Shown: piece by piece, positions 10,192-20,000 of the stretch
How the letters are laid out: every line of letters begins with the position of its first letter
How positions within the stretch are numbered: the stretch's first letter is position 1
Origin: Archangium sp.
Lineage (GTDB): Bacteria > Myxococcota > Myxococcia > Myxococcales > Myxococcaceae
Reading direction: 5' to 3'
DNA length: 31,189 nucleotides
NCBI GenBank assembly: GCA_031367385.1
Contig: JANLPS010000077.1
Location: 1 to 31,189 of the forward strand
Notes under the pieces: generated by a model
The model's input: the letters and a program-made list of their open reading frames with translations, nothing else
What the model was told of the DNA's origin: nothing
Database searches by the model: none
Translations under genes and position numbers: made by a program

Positions 10192-11148
10192 ATGTCAAAC
10201 CGCCACATCCCGCAACTTGATTTGTCGCACTACAGCAAGGGCACCGCCGCCGAGCGCAGCCGCTTCGTGAGCGCCTGGGGCGAAGGGCTCAAAGAATTCG
10301 ATTTCGTTTCGATCATCAACCACGGCGTCGATGACGCGCTGATTCGCCGCACGTACACCGACGCGGAGCGGCTCTTCGCGTTGCCAGTAGCGATCAAAGA
10401 GAAGTACCACATCGCCGGAGGGGGCGGTCAGCGCGGCTACACCAGCTTCGGCAAGGAGCACGCGAAGAACCGAAAGGTCGGAGATCTCAAAGAGTTCTGG
10501 CACGTCGGCCGAGACCTCGCGGGCGACGCCGCGAAGCGCTCAGGGTACGGCGACAACGTGTGGCCCACCGAGCTCGAGACGTTCAAGGCGAACACGACCG
10601 CCTTGTTCAGCGCGCTCGATTCGGCGGCGGCGGTGATGCTCCATGCCCTGGCCGACTATTTCAAGATGCCGCAGAACACGTTCAGCGACATGGCGCACGA
10701 CGGCAATTCGATCTTGCGAATCATTCATTACCCGCCGCTCAAAGATCAGTTCGTGCCCGGGGGCGTTCGCGCGGCCGAGCATGAAGACATCAACCTCATC
10801 ACGCTGCTGTGCGAATCGACCTCGAGCGGCTTGGAGATTCTGACTCGCCAAAACGAGTGGATCGCCGTCGACGCGCTCAAGGGCCAGATCGTGGTCGACT
10901 CGGGCGACATGCTCTCGCGGGTCACGAACGAGGTCATCCCCTCGACGACGCACCGGGTGGTGAACCCGAAGAGCACCGAAGACGACGTGGTTCGTTACTC
11001 GATGCCGTACTTCGTGCACCCCTACCCCGAGTGCAGTTTGCGGGTGCTCGATCAGTGCGTCACCCCCGAGAAGCCTCGCAAGTTCGAAGACATCACCGCC
11101 GATGGCTTCTTGAAGCAGCGGCTGCGTGAAATCGGCTTGATCAAGTGA
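10192..11148 (+). CDS. Isopenicillin N synthase-like 2OG-Fe(II) oxygenase
   Basis: NHGV, LRIIHYPP, HED (HxD), HRV, RYS (RxS). Confidence 0.92.
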   Translation: MSNRHIPQLDLSHYSKGTAAERSRFVSAWGEGLKEFDFVSIINHGVDDALIRRTYTDAERLFALPVAIKEKYHIAGGGGQRGYTSFGKEHAKNRKVGDLKEFWHVGRDLAGDAAKRSGYGDNVWPTELETFKANTTALFSALDSAAAVMLHALADYFKMPQNTFSDMAHDGNSILRIIHYPPLKDQFVPGGVRAAEHEDINLITLLCESTSSGLEILTRQNEWIAVDALKGQIVVDSGDMLSRVTNEVIPSTTHRVVNPKSTEDDVVRYSMPYFVHPYPECSLRVLDQCVTPEKPRKFEDITADGFLKQRLREIGLIK

Positions 11149-11585
11149 TCTCGGTGGCGCTGGCGATGCTGCTTGGCGCTGATCAGCCGTGGCTGTGGGC
11201 CACCGCGCGGGTGAGCTCCGGGTTTCCCGATACGCTCGGGGGCTCGCTGACCGTGCACGCCATACCCTACGTCGACCTCGAGGGCGGAGCGGCCGCGTTC
11301 AACCCTTCGTGGTTCGTACGAGCCGGGCCTCGGTACGCGTTGGTTGATTCGCGCGACGGCCTGATGGTGCGGGTGGCGGCGCTGTTCGGGTACAAGTCGG
11401 CGACGGTGTTTTCGAGCGAGCTGACCCGGGGGTTTCACTTCGCGGGCACCCTCGATTTCACCTGGTGGCTGGCAGCGCACTTCGGCCTCGACCTGCAATT
11501 GAGCGGCGGTGGCACCTTCGACCCCGGGCGCGCAGGTAGAAGAATGTTGCCCGATCTTCGGGTCGGCCTCGGCGTCAGTTTCTGA
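11145..11585 (+). CDS. Hypothetical protein, possible small outer-membrane beta-barrel
   Basis: GTGA coupling to the oxygenase, hydrophobic N-terminus, amphipathic beta-strand pattern and terminal Phe (LRVGLGVSF). Confidence 0.6.
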   Translation: MISVALAMLLGADQPWLWATARVSSGFPDTLGGSLTVHAIPYVDLEGGAAAFNPSWFVRAGPRYALVDSRDGLMVRVAALFGYKSATVFSSELTRGFHFAGTLDFTWWLAAHFGLDLQLSGGGTFDPGRAGRRMLPDLRVGLGVSF

Positions 11586-11599
11586 GATGCTGGGGCGTC

Positions 11600-11965
11600 A
11601 TGGCGAGCGTGACTCCTCAAGAAGCAAGCAGGGCGTTGGCGTTGTCAGATGACGCGTTGCTGCTCGAGTGTGAAGTGAACGTGTACATCGGCTCGGGCCC
11701 GGGCGGTCAGCACCGCAACAAGACCGAGAGCGCCGTGAGGCTCACGCATCGGCCGACTGGCATCACCGTGGGCGCCACCGAGCGACGCAGTCAGTTGATG
11801 AACCGGGGCGCTGCGCTGGAGCGGTTGCGTGAGACGCTCAAGAAGCTCTCGTACGTCGCGCCACGCCGGGTGCCGACCAAGCCGTCGCGGGGCTCACAAC
11901 GCCGGCGCATCGAATCGAAGAAGCGAACATCTGAGAAGAAGAAGTCTCGCTCAGGTGATTGGTGA
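11600..11965 (+). CDS. Peptide chain release factor-like protein (GGQ domain with basic tail; ArfB/C12orf65-like)
   Basis: GSGPGGQHRNKTESAVRLTH, RSQLMNR, and a Lys/Arg-rich C-terminal tail. Confidence 0.88.
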   Translation: MASVTPQEASRALALSDDALLLECEVNVYIGSGPGGQHRNKTESAVRLTHRPTGITVGATERRSQLMNRGAALERLRETLKKLSYVAPRRVPTKPSRGSQRRRIESKKRTSEKKKSRSGDW

Positions 11966-13384
11966 CGCGCCCAGCTTCTTGACCAGCAGCTCGTTGATCA
12001 GCTTCGGGTTGCCCTTGCCCTTCATCGCTTTCATCACCGCTCCGACGAAGAAGCCGATCAGCTGCGTCTTGCCAGCTCGGTACGACTCGACGGTCTGCGC
12101 GTTCGCGGCCATCACTTCATCGATGAGCTGCTCGACCTGGCTCGCGTCGTTGACTTGACCGAGGCCCTTCTGCGCGATGATCACGGAGGCGTCGCGACCC
12201 GTCTCGAACATGTCGGCGAACACCTCTTTTGCCGCGTGGGCCGAGATGCTGCCCGCTTCGACCGTTTGAATCAGGCCGGCGAATTGGGCGGCGGTGAACT
12301 TCACTTCGCGCACTGAACGCTTCGACTCGTTGAGCAAGGCAGAGAGCTCGCCCATGAACCAGTTCGACGCCTTTTTCGGTTCGACTCCCGCTTTGACACA
12401 GGCCTCGAAAAGATCAGCGAGCGCGAGGTCAGCGGTGAGCACTTCGGCGTCGTAGTGCGGCAGCTTCAAATGCTCAGTGAAGCGGGCCCGTCGCGCTCGC
12501 GGCAACTCGGGCAGCTGGCCGCGCACTGCCTCGATGTGCTGCTCCGTGACGATCAGCAACGGCAAATCAGGCTCGGGGAAGTACCGGTAGTCGTGCGCGT
12601 CTTCTTTCGAGCGCATCGAGCGGGTCTCGTTGCGCTGGGTGTCGTAGAGACGGGTCTCTTGTATGACCGCGCCGCCGCTCTCGATGACCTCGACCTGGCG
12701 ATGCGTCTCGACCTCGATCGCCTGCTTGATGAAGCGAAAGGAGTTCAGGTTCTTGAGCTCGCAGCGGGTGCCCAATTCGCCCGCGCCGATGCGCATCACC
12801 GAGACGTTGGCGTCGCAGCGAAACGAGCCTTCTTCGAGATTGCCGTCATTGACGCCGATGGCCACCAAGACTTCGCGCAAGGCCTTGAGGTACTCGACCG
12901 CTTCGTCGGCGCTGCGCAGGTCGGGCTCGCTGACGATCTCCAGCAACCCAGTGCCAGCGCGATTCAAATCGACCAGTGATCTCGCGCCGTCGTGCACCAG
13001 CTTGCCGGCGTCTTCTTCGATGTGAATGCGCCGAATGCGAATGGGCTTGCCGCCGGCCTCGAGCTGACCCCACTCACAGATGGGAAACTCGTACTGCGTG
13101 ATTTGGTACCCCTTCGGCAGGTCGGGGTAGAAATAATGTTTGCGAGACCATTCACTGCGCTGGTTGACGCGACATTCGAGCGCGAGGCCGGTGCGAATGG
13201 CGAATTCAACGACCTGGGCGTTGAGCACCGGGAGCGTGCCAGGAAAACCGATGCACAGCGGCTGGGTGTTCGCGTTGGGCTCGGCGCCGAACCGCGTCGG
13301 GGCGCTCGAGAACAGCTTGCTCTGGGTGAGCAGTTGCGCGTGCACTTCGAGACCGATGACGACCTGAAAATCACTGACGCTCAT
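11951..13384 (-). CDS. gatB: Asp/Glu-tRNA amidotransferase subunit B
   Basis: VIGLEVHAQL, YFYPDLPKGYQITQ, HIEEDAGK, RCDANVS, DYRYFPEPDL. ATG 13384 is coupled to the gatA stop. Confidence 0.97.
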   Translation of the reverse strand: MSVSDFQVVIGLEVHAQLLTQSKLFSSAPTRFGAEPNANTQPLCIGFPGTLPVLNAQVVEFAIRTGLALECRVNQRSEWSRKHYFYPDLPKGYQITQYEFPICEWGQLEAGGKPIRIRRIHIEEDAGKLVHDGARSLVDLNRAGTGLLEIVSEPDLRSADEAVEYLKALREVLVAIGVNDGNLEEGSFRCDANVSVMRIGAGELGTRCELKNLNSFRFIKQAIEVETHRQVEVIESGGAVIQETRLYDTQRNETRSMRSKEDAHDYRYFPEPDLPLLIVTEQHIEAVRGQLPELPRARRARFTEHLKLPHYDAEVLTADLALADLFEACVKAGVEPKKASNWFMGELSALLNESKRSVREVKFTAAQFAGLIQTVEAGSISAHAAKEVFADMFETGRDASVIIAQKGLGQVNDASQVEQLIDEVMAANAQTVESYRAGKTQLIGFFVGAVMKAMKGKGNPKLINELLVKKLGASPIT

Positions 13385-14823
13385 GGCGCGCGCTCGCAGA
13401 ACTTGGTCTCGCGCTCGAAGGCACGGGCCACGCGCAACAGCATCGCCTCGCCCCACGCTTGGCCGATCAGCTGTGCGCCAATCGGTAACGCGTTCGAGGT
13501 GAAGCCCGCTGGCACCGAGACCGCGGGGAGCCCAGCGAGATTGGTCGGCAACGTCAAGACATCGACCAGGTACATCGCCAACGGGTCATCGAGCTTCTCG
13601 CCAATCACCCACGGCCGCACCGGAGACGCAGGGCAGAGCACGACGTCCACTCCGGCTTTGAAGGCCCCTTCGAAGTCGCGCTTGATCAACGTACGAACCC
13701 GCTGCGCTTTCACGTAGTACGCGTCGTAGTAGCCCGCTGACAGCGCGAAGGTGCCGAGCATGATGCGTCGCTTCACCTCGTCGCCGAAGCCTTCGCTTCG
13801 AGACTGAACGTAGAGCTCGCGGAGGTTCTTCGAATCAGCGGCCCGGTACCCGTAGCGAACGCCATCGTAACGGCCCAGGTTCGACGACGCCTCGCAGCAG
13901 GCGATGACGTAGTACGTGGCCAGTGCGTGCTTGGTGTGTGGCAACGAGATGCGCCTGACCGTCGCACCGAGCCGCTCGTAGATCGCCGCTGCTGATCTGA
14001 CCGCCTGCTCGATTTCAGGGTCGAGGCCCGCGACGAAATACTCGTCGGGCAGCCCGATGGTGAGACCTTTGACGCCATGTTCGAGCGTGGCGGCGGCGTT
14101 GGGTTTGGGCAGATCGGCCGAGGTCGAGTCGAGCGCGTCGACTCCAGAGATGACGTCGATCATCGCGGCGGCATCGGCCACGGTCTGCGTGAAGGTACCG
14201 ACTTGATCGAGTGAGCTGGCGTAGGCGACCACGCCGTGACGTGACACGCGGCCCCAGGTGGGTTTGAGCCCGACGGTGTTGGTGAACGAGGCGGGTTGGC
14301 GAATCGAGCCGCCGGTATCGCTGCCGAGCGCGCCCGTCACGAAGCGGGCCGCGACCGCCGCCGCAGAGCCACCCGATGAGCCTCCAGGCGTGCGAGTGAG
14401 GTCATACGGGTTGTGGGTCTTCTGAAACGCACCGGTCTCGGTCGATGAGCCCATCGCGAACTCGTCGAGGTTGGTCTTGCCGATGATCACCGCTCCGGCC
14501 TCGCGGAGCTTTCGGGTCACCGTCGCGTCGAACCCGGGGGTGAAGCCTTTGAGAATCTTCGACCCTGCAGTCGTCTCGAGACCCTCGGTCAAGATGTTGT
14601 CTTTGAGCGCGACTGGCACTCCGTCGAAGGGCCCGAGGGCCTGACCCTTGGCTCGACGGGCATCGGAGGCATGTGCCGCGGCCATCGACCCGCGCTCATC
14701 GACGCGCAAGAACGAGCGAATCGTGGCATCGCCCGCTCGCACGGCCTCGAGCGACGCTTTGGTCAGCTCGACAGCGCTCACGGCGCCCGCCGCGAGCGCA
14801 GAAGCCGTCTCGAGCACGTTCAT
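13381..14823 (-). CDS. gatA: Asp/Glu-tRNA amidotransferase subunit A
   Basis: Amidase signature GGSSGGSAAA, GSDTGGSIRQPA, NLGRYDGVRYG, EVKRRIMLGT. Confidence 0.97.
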   Translation of the reverse strand: MNVLETASALAAGAVSAVELTKASLEAVRAGDATIRSFLRVDERGSMAAAHASDARRAKGQALGPFDGVPVALKDNILTEGLETTAGSKILKGFTPGFDATVTRKLREAGAVIIGKTNLDEFAMGSSTETGAFQKTHNPYDLTRTPGGSSGGSAAAVAARFVTGALGSDTGGSIRQPASFTNTVGLKPTWGRVSRHGVVAYASSLDQVGTFTQTVADAAAMIDVISGVDALDSTSADLPKPNAAATLEHGVKGLTIGLPDEYFVAGLDPEIEQAVRSAAAIYERLGATVRRISLPHTKHALATYYVIACCEASSNLGRYDGVRYGYRAADSKNLRELYVQSRSEGFGDEVKRRIMLGTFALSAGYYDAYYVKAQRVRTLIKRDFEGAFKAGVDVVLCPASPVRPWVIGEKLDDPLAMYLVDVLTLPTNLAGLPAVSVPAGFTSNALPIGAQLIGQAWGEAMLLRVARAFERETKFCERAP

Positions 14824-15107
14824 TCGATCACCTTGGGGATCACGAAGCTCGTGCCTGAGACTTGCGGCGCATTCGCCAGTGCACGCTGAGTACCCGACTC
14901 GTTCGAGGCCACATCAGGGCGCAGGTGCGAGACCCCGCCGTGAACATGCGAGGTCGCTTCGACACCTGAGGTGTCTATTTCAGCCAGTGATTCAACCGCC
15001 TCGAGAATCACCGAGAGGCGCTGTTGGTACGCCTCGACCTCAGTGGGCGAGAGCGCCAGGCGCGCCAGGTTGGCGACGTGACGCACTTGTTCGAGCGTGA
15101 GCTTCAT
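14820..15107 (-). CDS. gatC: Asp/Glu-tRNA amidotransferase subunit C
   Basis: VRHVANLARL, LRPD, ANAP, FVIPKVIE; directly upstream of gatA. Alternative start GTG 15110. Confidence 0.93.
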   Translation of the reverse strand: MKLTLEQVRHVANLARLALSPTEVEAYQQRLSVILEAVESLAEIDTSGVEATSHVHGGVSHLRPDVASNESGTQRALANAPQVSGTSFVIPKVIE

Positions 15108-15116
15108 CACCGGCCT

Positions 15117-16445
15117 TCACTTCTTGAGACGTTCGATGTTGTTGCGCGCGACGTTGGCCTCGGTGCCCTCGGGTGCAACTTCGAGGTAGCGCTGGTACCA
15201 CTCGATGGCCTTGTCGTACTTGCCCTGCGTGCGCAGCGCCTCGGCCAACCCCATGATGCCGGGGCCGTAGCGCGGGTTCACCTTGATCGCCTGCTCGAAG
15301 GCGGCTTCAGCAGCGGCGGCGTTGCCCAAATCGAGCAATGACAACCCGCGGCCCACCATCGGCTCGACGCGATCAGGCCGCAGATCAGACGCCTTGCCGA
15401 ACATGCTCAACGCGGCCTCTGGCTTGTCTTGCGAGAGCAGCACCTCGCCCCGCGCCTGGAGGGCGTCGAAGTCCATCTTGGGCTCGACCTTCTTTGGCAC
15501 CTGCTCCACGAGCGCGACTGTTGCGACCGGCGCTGGGGCCCCGGCGTCGACCACGGTGACGACCGGAGCCGGCGCGCCCGCATCGACGACTGCCGCACCC
15601 GCATCGAAGGCCACGGCTTGGAGCGTGGCGTCGATCGGCTTGACCACCGTGGCCGTGGCCGCGGCATCACGGTCTGCACGCGCTTGATCTTCGGCTGCTT
15701 TTCGCTCGCGCTCAGGCTGATACACACCGAAGAACCAGCCTGCGACGGCACCGAGCAGCAAGCCGATCAAGATCATCAGCGGCCATCGTCTGCCCGAGCT
15801 CTGCAGTGCCCGCTCGAGCTCGAGATCATCGGCCGACGGCAGCTTGCGGCGGCCGCCGGTTCGAAGCTCCTGGTTGAGTGGTTTGGCGGTGCCTTGATCT
15901 GGTATCGCGAAGCCACCACGCAGCGCCTCATTGCCGAGCCCGCTCTGGGGTACAGCCACCGGCACAACCGGGGCCTTGAAGCTGGGCTCACGCCAGGTCT
16001 CGGTGATGCTGCTGGGGGCTGAGGGCTTGGGAGGGGGAGGTGGCTGCACCGAGCTCCCCTGGCTCGCGGTGCGCACCGAGTCGTAGGCCCTGCCGCGCGC
16101 GGCGTCGTCGACCACCTGAAAGAAGCTCGCCAACTCGGGGATATCGCCCAGCCGCTTCCACGTGTCTCCGGTCAGCGAAATCTCATCGTCGCGAATGACC
16201 TTGCCCTCGACGATCCACTGCTGCAGCGAGGTCAGCTCGCGGCAGGTCGAGGTGGTGCCGGTCGATCGCCTCCGTATCTTCCACTCCCGTGAGACTGGCG
16301 GCGGGGGGAGCGCGACGGCTTCATTGCGACGGTTGACGCGAAAGACGTGCCCGCACTGCGTGCACTTGACCGTGATCCCGTCGTCGGGAATTCGCGCTTC
16401 GTCGAAGTCATATTCTGTCTGGCAGCGCGGGCAACTGACATCCAT
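15117..16445 (-). CDS. Zinc-ribbon (MJ0042-type) / GYF-like / TM / TPR protein
   Basis: CPRC...CTQC, LQQWIVEGKV...WKRLGDIPEL, one TM helix, DAG-rich linker and C-terminal TPRs. Confidence 0.85.
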   Translation of the reverse strand: MDVSCPRCQTEYDFDEARIPDDGITVKCTQCGHVFRVNRRNEAVALPPPPVSREWKIRRRSTGTTSTCRELTSLQQWIVEGKVIRDDEISLTGDTWKRLGDIPELASFFQVVDDAARGRAYDSVRTASQGSSVQPPPPPKPSAPSSITETWREPSFKAPVVPVAVPQSGLGNEALRGGFAIPDQGTAKPLNQELRTGGRRKLPSADDLELERALQSSGRRWPLMILIGLLLGAVAGWFFGVYQPERERKAAEDQARADRDAAATATVVKPIDATLQAVAFDAGAAVVDAGAPAPVVTVVDAGAPAPVATVALVEQVPKKVEPKMDFDALQARGEVLLSQDKPEAALSMFGKASDLRPDRVEPMVGRGLSLLDLGNAAAAEAAFEQAIKVNPRYGPGIMGLAEALRTQGKYDKAIEWYQRYLEVAPEGTEANVARNNIERLKK

Positions 16446-16474
16446 GTGCGGGTCACCGTCGAAAGAAGTCTGGT

Positions 16475-16948
16475 CTACTGTTTCATCGCGTGTGAGCGCA
16501 GATGATAGCGCTGTTCACGCGGGGCTCCGCGAACCACCATCGGCACCACCAACTCGAAGGTCTGATTGTCGAGCCGCGCCGCCGAATCGCCAATCGTCGG
16601 CAGACTGAAGGTGATCAGCCGCACCACCACCCGCCCGCCGGGTTGAATCGGAGCGATCGGGCCATCGGGTCGAAGCGAGAGCTGCATGTGGTCGGGCATC
16701 ACCATCGACACCCGGCGCCAATCGACGTTGACCTCATCACCGGTCTTGTTGGTCAAATCGAGCAGCACCGCCTGAAAGTTCACCGGGTCGAGCAGCACTT
16801 CGGTTCGCACATCGGCATCTTCGATCGAGTCTCGGTCGCCCGGCTTGGGCAAGTTGCGCGCGCCCGGGTCAGTCAGGTCGAATGAGAACGTGTAGGTCGG
16901 TGCCGCACATGCACAAACCAGCAGGAGGAGGCCCAATCGAAAGTTCAT
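16475..16948 (-). CDS. Hypothetical lipoprotein
   Basis: MNFRLGLLLLVCAC lipobox-like start at ATG 16948. Confidence 0.7.
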   Translation of the reverse strand: MNFRLGLLLLVCACAAPTYTFSFDLTDPGARNLPKPGDRDSIEDADVRTEVLLDPVNFQAVLLDLTNKTGDEVNVDWRRVSMVMPDHMQLSLRPDGPIAPIQPGGRVVVRLITFSLPTIGDSAARLDNQTFELVVPMVVRGAPREQRYHLRSHAMKQ

Positions 16949-17004
16949 GGCCCGCACCCGACCACATTCGACCGGCGACGTCACAGAAAGTCGCGGTCGA
17001 AAAA

Positions 17005-17032
17005 TTGATCCCACCCCTGCCGTCCATACAGT
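17005..17032 (+). promoter_or_regulatory. Candidate sigma70-type promoter for ftsK
   Basis: TTGATC-N16-TACAGT upstream of the AGGGG RBS and ATG 17068. Confidence 0.35.
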
Positions 17033-17067
17033 CGGCGCACTTCAGCCTTCTACAGGGGTGTACCTGC

Positions 17068-20000
17068 ATGTCAGCCAAACGAGCGAAAGAGCGGTCACTT
17101 CTTTCGCGGCAGGAAATTGCCGTTCGCCGAAAGCAGCTCAACTCGAAGAAGATGGTCTCACCCGGGGCGCCCCGTCGCGCCATCGCGGGGGTGATCATTC
17201 TCGCGCTGTCGGTGCTGGCCTTTTTCTCGGTCTCGACCTTCGACGCGCAAGACCGGGTCGGGCCTGGGTTTCGAAACGCGATCGGCCCGGTGGGTCACGC
17301 CATCGCCGAGGCGCTGCGCGGGTTGTTCGGCATCTGCGCCTTCGTTTTGCCGATGGTCGGGTTTTACGCCTCGGCGATTCTGTTCATCGGTAACAGAGAG
17401 AAGCGGCGATGGCCGCAGGTGGTCGCCTTTTCACTGCTGCTGATCGCCTTCGCGGTGCTGGCGCAGCTGGTGTTCAAAGAAGACGCGTCGTGGGCGCACG
17501 CCCCGGGTGGTTTGATCGGCCGGCAGGTCGGCGGGTTCTTGACGGCGCTGTTCTCGACGGTCGGCACCGTGGTGTTGATGAGCGCGATCGCGGCGGTGGC
17601 TTTCATCGTCGGCACTCAGTTCGCCTTCTTGCAGTTCTGCGCCTGGTTGTGGGAGCGCACGCAGGTGCTCGCGGCGAAGGCCAAGGTCTGGGGGCTCCAA
17701 TTCTTCGATGCTCAAAAGGCACGGCTCGAGGCGCGCAAGCTCGCGGCGGAGCAGGCGAAGATTGAAGAGGCGGCGTTCTTGGCCGACCTCGAGGCTGAAG
17801 AGGCCGAGCTGGCGGAGATCGAAGCCGCGGCGCAAGAGGCTGAGCAGCTCGCGGGTGAAGCCGAACGCTTCGAGCGCGACAAAGAGAACTCGAAGCTCGC
17901 TGATCTCGCTGAAAAGGAGCGCCTGAAGGCCGAGCGTGAGAAGTCATCGGTTGAGGTGCAGGCGGCCCGGTTGGCGAAAGAGGCGATGAAGACCGCGCGA
18001 CTCAATGAGAAGACGAATCGCTCGACGGCGGCGGCGGCGTTGGCCCCGTCGCTGCTCGACGAAGCGCGCGCGACCGCGCCGATGCACCACCAATCGCCTC
18101 CTGGGTTTGGCAATGACCCGGCGTGGGCGATGAGCTTGAGCGCTTCGATTGATCAATCACCGTACGTCGCCCCAGCGATGGCGATGGCGGCGCCACCGGT
18201 GGCGAAACGTCAACCGAACATCATCGAGGCTCCAGTCGCGCCTCCTCCGTCACCGTTCAGCAAGCTCGATACGCTGCCGCCTCCGACCAAGATGACCGAG
18301 GCCTCACTGCCCCCGATGATGGACACGGCGGCCGTGGGCGCGGCGCAAACCTCGGCGTTGGTTGCGCAGGGTGTGGGAGCGACCGCGCTCGCTCGCATGC
18401 CGTTGATCATCGAGCCGAAGGCGCCGCCGAAGCCGACCGCCCCGACGAAGAAGAAGAGCGAGTTCGAGTTCACCGGAGACCGCACCAGTTTCGTGGTGCC
18501 GCCCGTCGACCTGCTCGAGGCCAAGATTCGGGAGCGCACCACAATCGACAAGAGCGTCTACCTGGCCACGGCCGAGAAGCTCACCGTCAAGCTGCGCGAT
18601 TTCGGCATCGAAGGAGAAGTGGTCGAGATTCGGCCCGGCCCAGTGGTCACGATGTACGAGTTCAAGCCCGCTGCGGGCGTGAAGATCTCGCGCATCGCCT
18701 CGCTCTCAGACGACCTCGCGATGGCGATGGAGGCCATGCGTGTTCGCATCGTCGCCCCCATACCCGGCAAAGGCGTGGTCGGCATCGAGGTGCCGAACAA
18801 GGAGCGCGAGACCGTTTTCTTGAAAGAAATCGCGGAACAAGACGCGTTTCAGAAATCGCAATCGCGGCTGACGATGTGCCTGGGCAAAGACATCGAGGGC
18901 ATGCCGTACATCTTCGACCTGGCCAAGGCGCCGCACTTGCTGATGGCCGGTACGACGGGCTCGGGCAAGTCGGTCGCGGTGAACTCGATGATCATGTCGA
19001 TTCTGCTCAAGTCGACGCCCGAAGAAGTTCGCTTCATCATGGTCGACCCCAAGATGCTCGAGCTCTCGGTGTACGAGGGCATACCCCACCTGTTGTTGCC
19101 GGTGGTGACCGACCCGCGCAAGGCCGCGATCGCGCTGCAGTGGGCGGTCGACGAAATGACCCGGCGTTACAAGCTGCTGTCGGAGGCCGGAGTGCGCAAC
19201 ATCACCGGCTACAACGTGCACGTTGAGCAAGTGCTCGCGAAGCGCAAGGCCTCGAAGATGACGGTCGACGCGAAGCCGGTGGTGATCAAGCCTCCTCCTG
19301 CAGCCGAGCAGGTCGCCCCGCAGCCGGAGCCCGAGGTGGCCGTCGCTGCTGCTGTCGACGCACCGCCTCCCAAGAAGAAACGCCGCATGTTGATCGTCGA
19401 CGTGGCCGACGCGAGCCCGACGCCGCCCCAGGCCGAGGCCGCGCCGAACCCCGGGAGTGAAATGGGCGTAGCGGCTCCGCAAGAGGCGGCTGAAGACCCG
19501 CGTGAAGAGGTGCTGGCCGCGGCGCCCGAGCTGCAGCCTAAGCCCGAGGTCGATGCGGTGGCTTCGCGCATCGAAGAAGCGCCGGTGACGCCGGGAGAAG
19601 TGGCCGCATTGGCCGAAGCAGCCGCAGCGACCGCGGCCGCCGCAGCCGACGAAGCGAAAGAAGACCTCAAGAAGCTCCCGTTCATCGTGGTGATCATCGA
19701 TGAGCTCGCCGACTTGATGATGGTGGCCTCGAAGGAGGTCGAGACGTCGATCGCCCGGTTGGCGCAAATGGCCCGCGCCGCCGGCATTCATCTGATGGTC
19801 GCGACCCAGCGCCCGTCGACCGACGTCGTCACCGGCGTGATCAAGGCGAACTTCCCCACTCGCATTACGTTCATGCTGCGCAGCAAGCCCGACTCGATGA
19901 CGATCATCGGCACCATCGGCGCTGAAGCGTTGCTGGGCATGGGCGACATGTTGATCATGCCTCCCACCAGCGCGCACCTACAGCGTGTTCACGGCTGCTT

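Noticed and set aside
19216..19668. Intein in FtsK
   Set aside because: No Cys/Ser start, His-Asn end or homing-endonuclease motifs; the sequence is low complexity.
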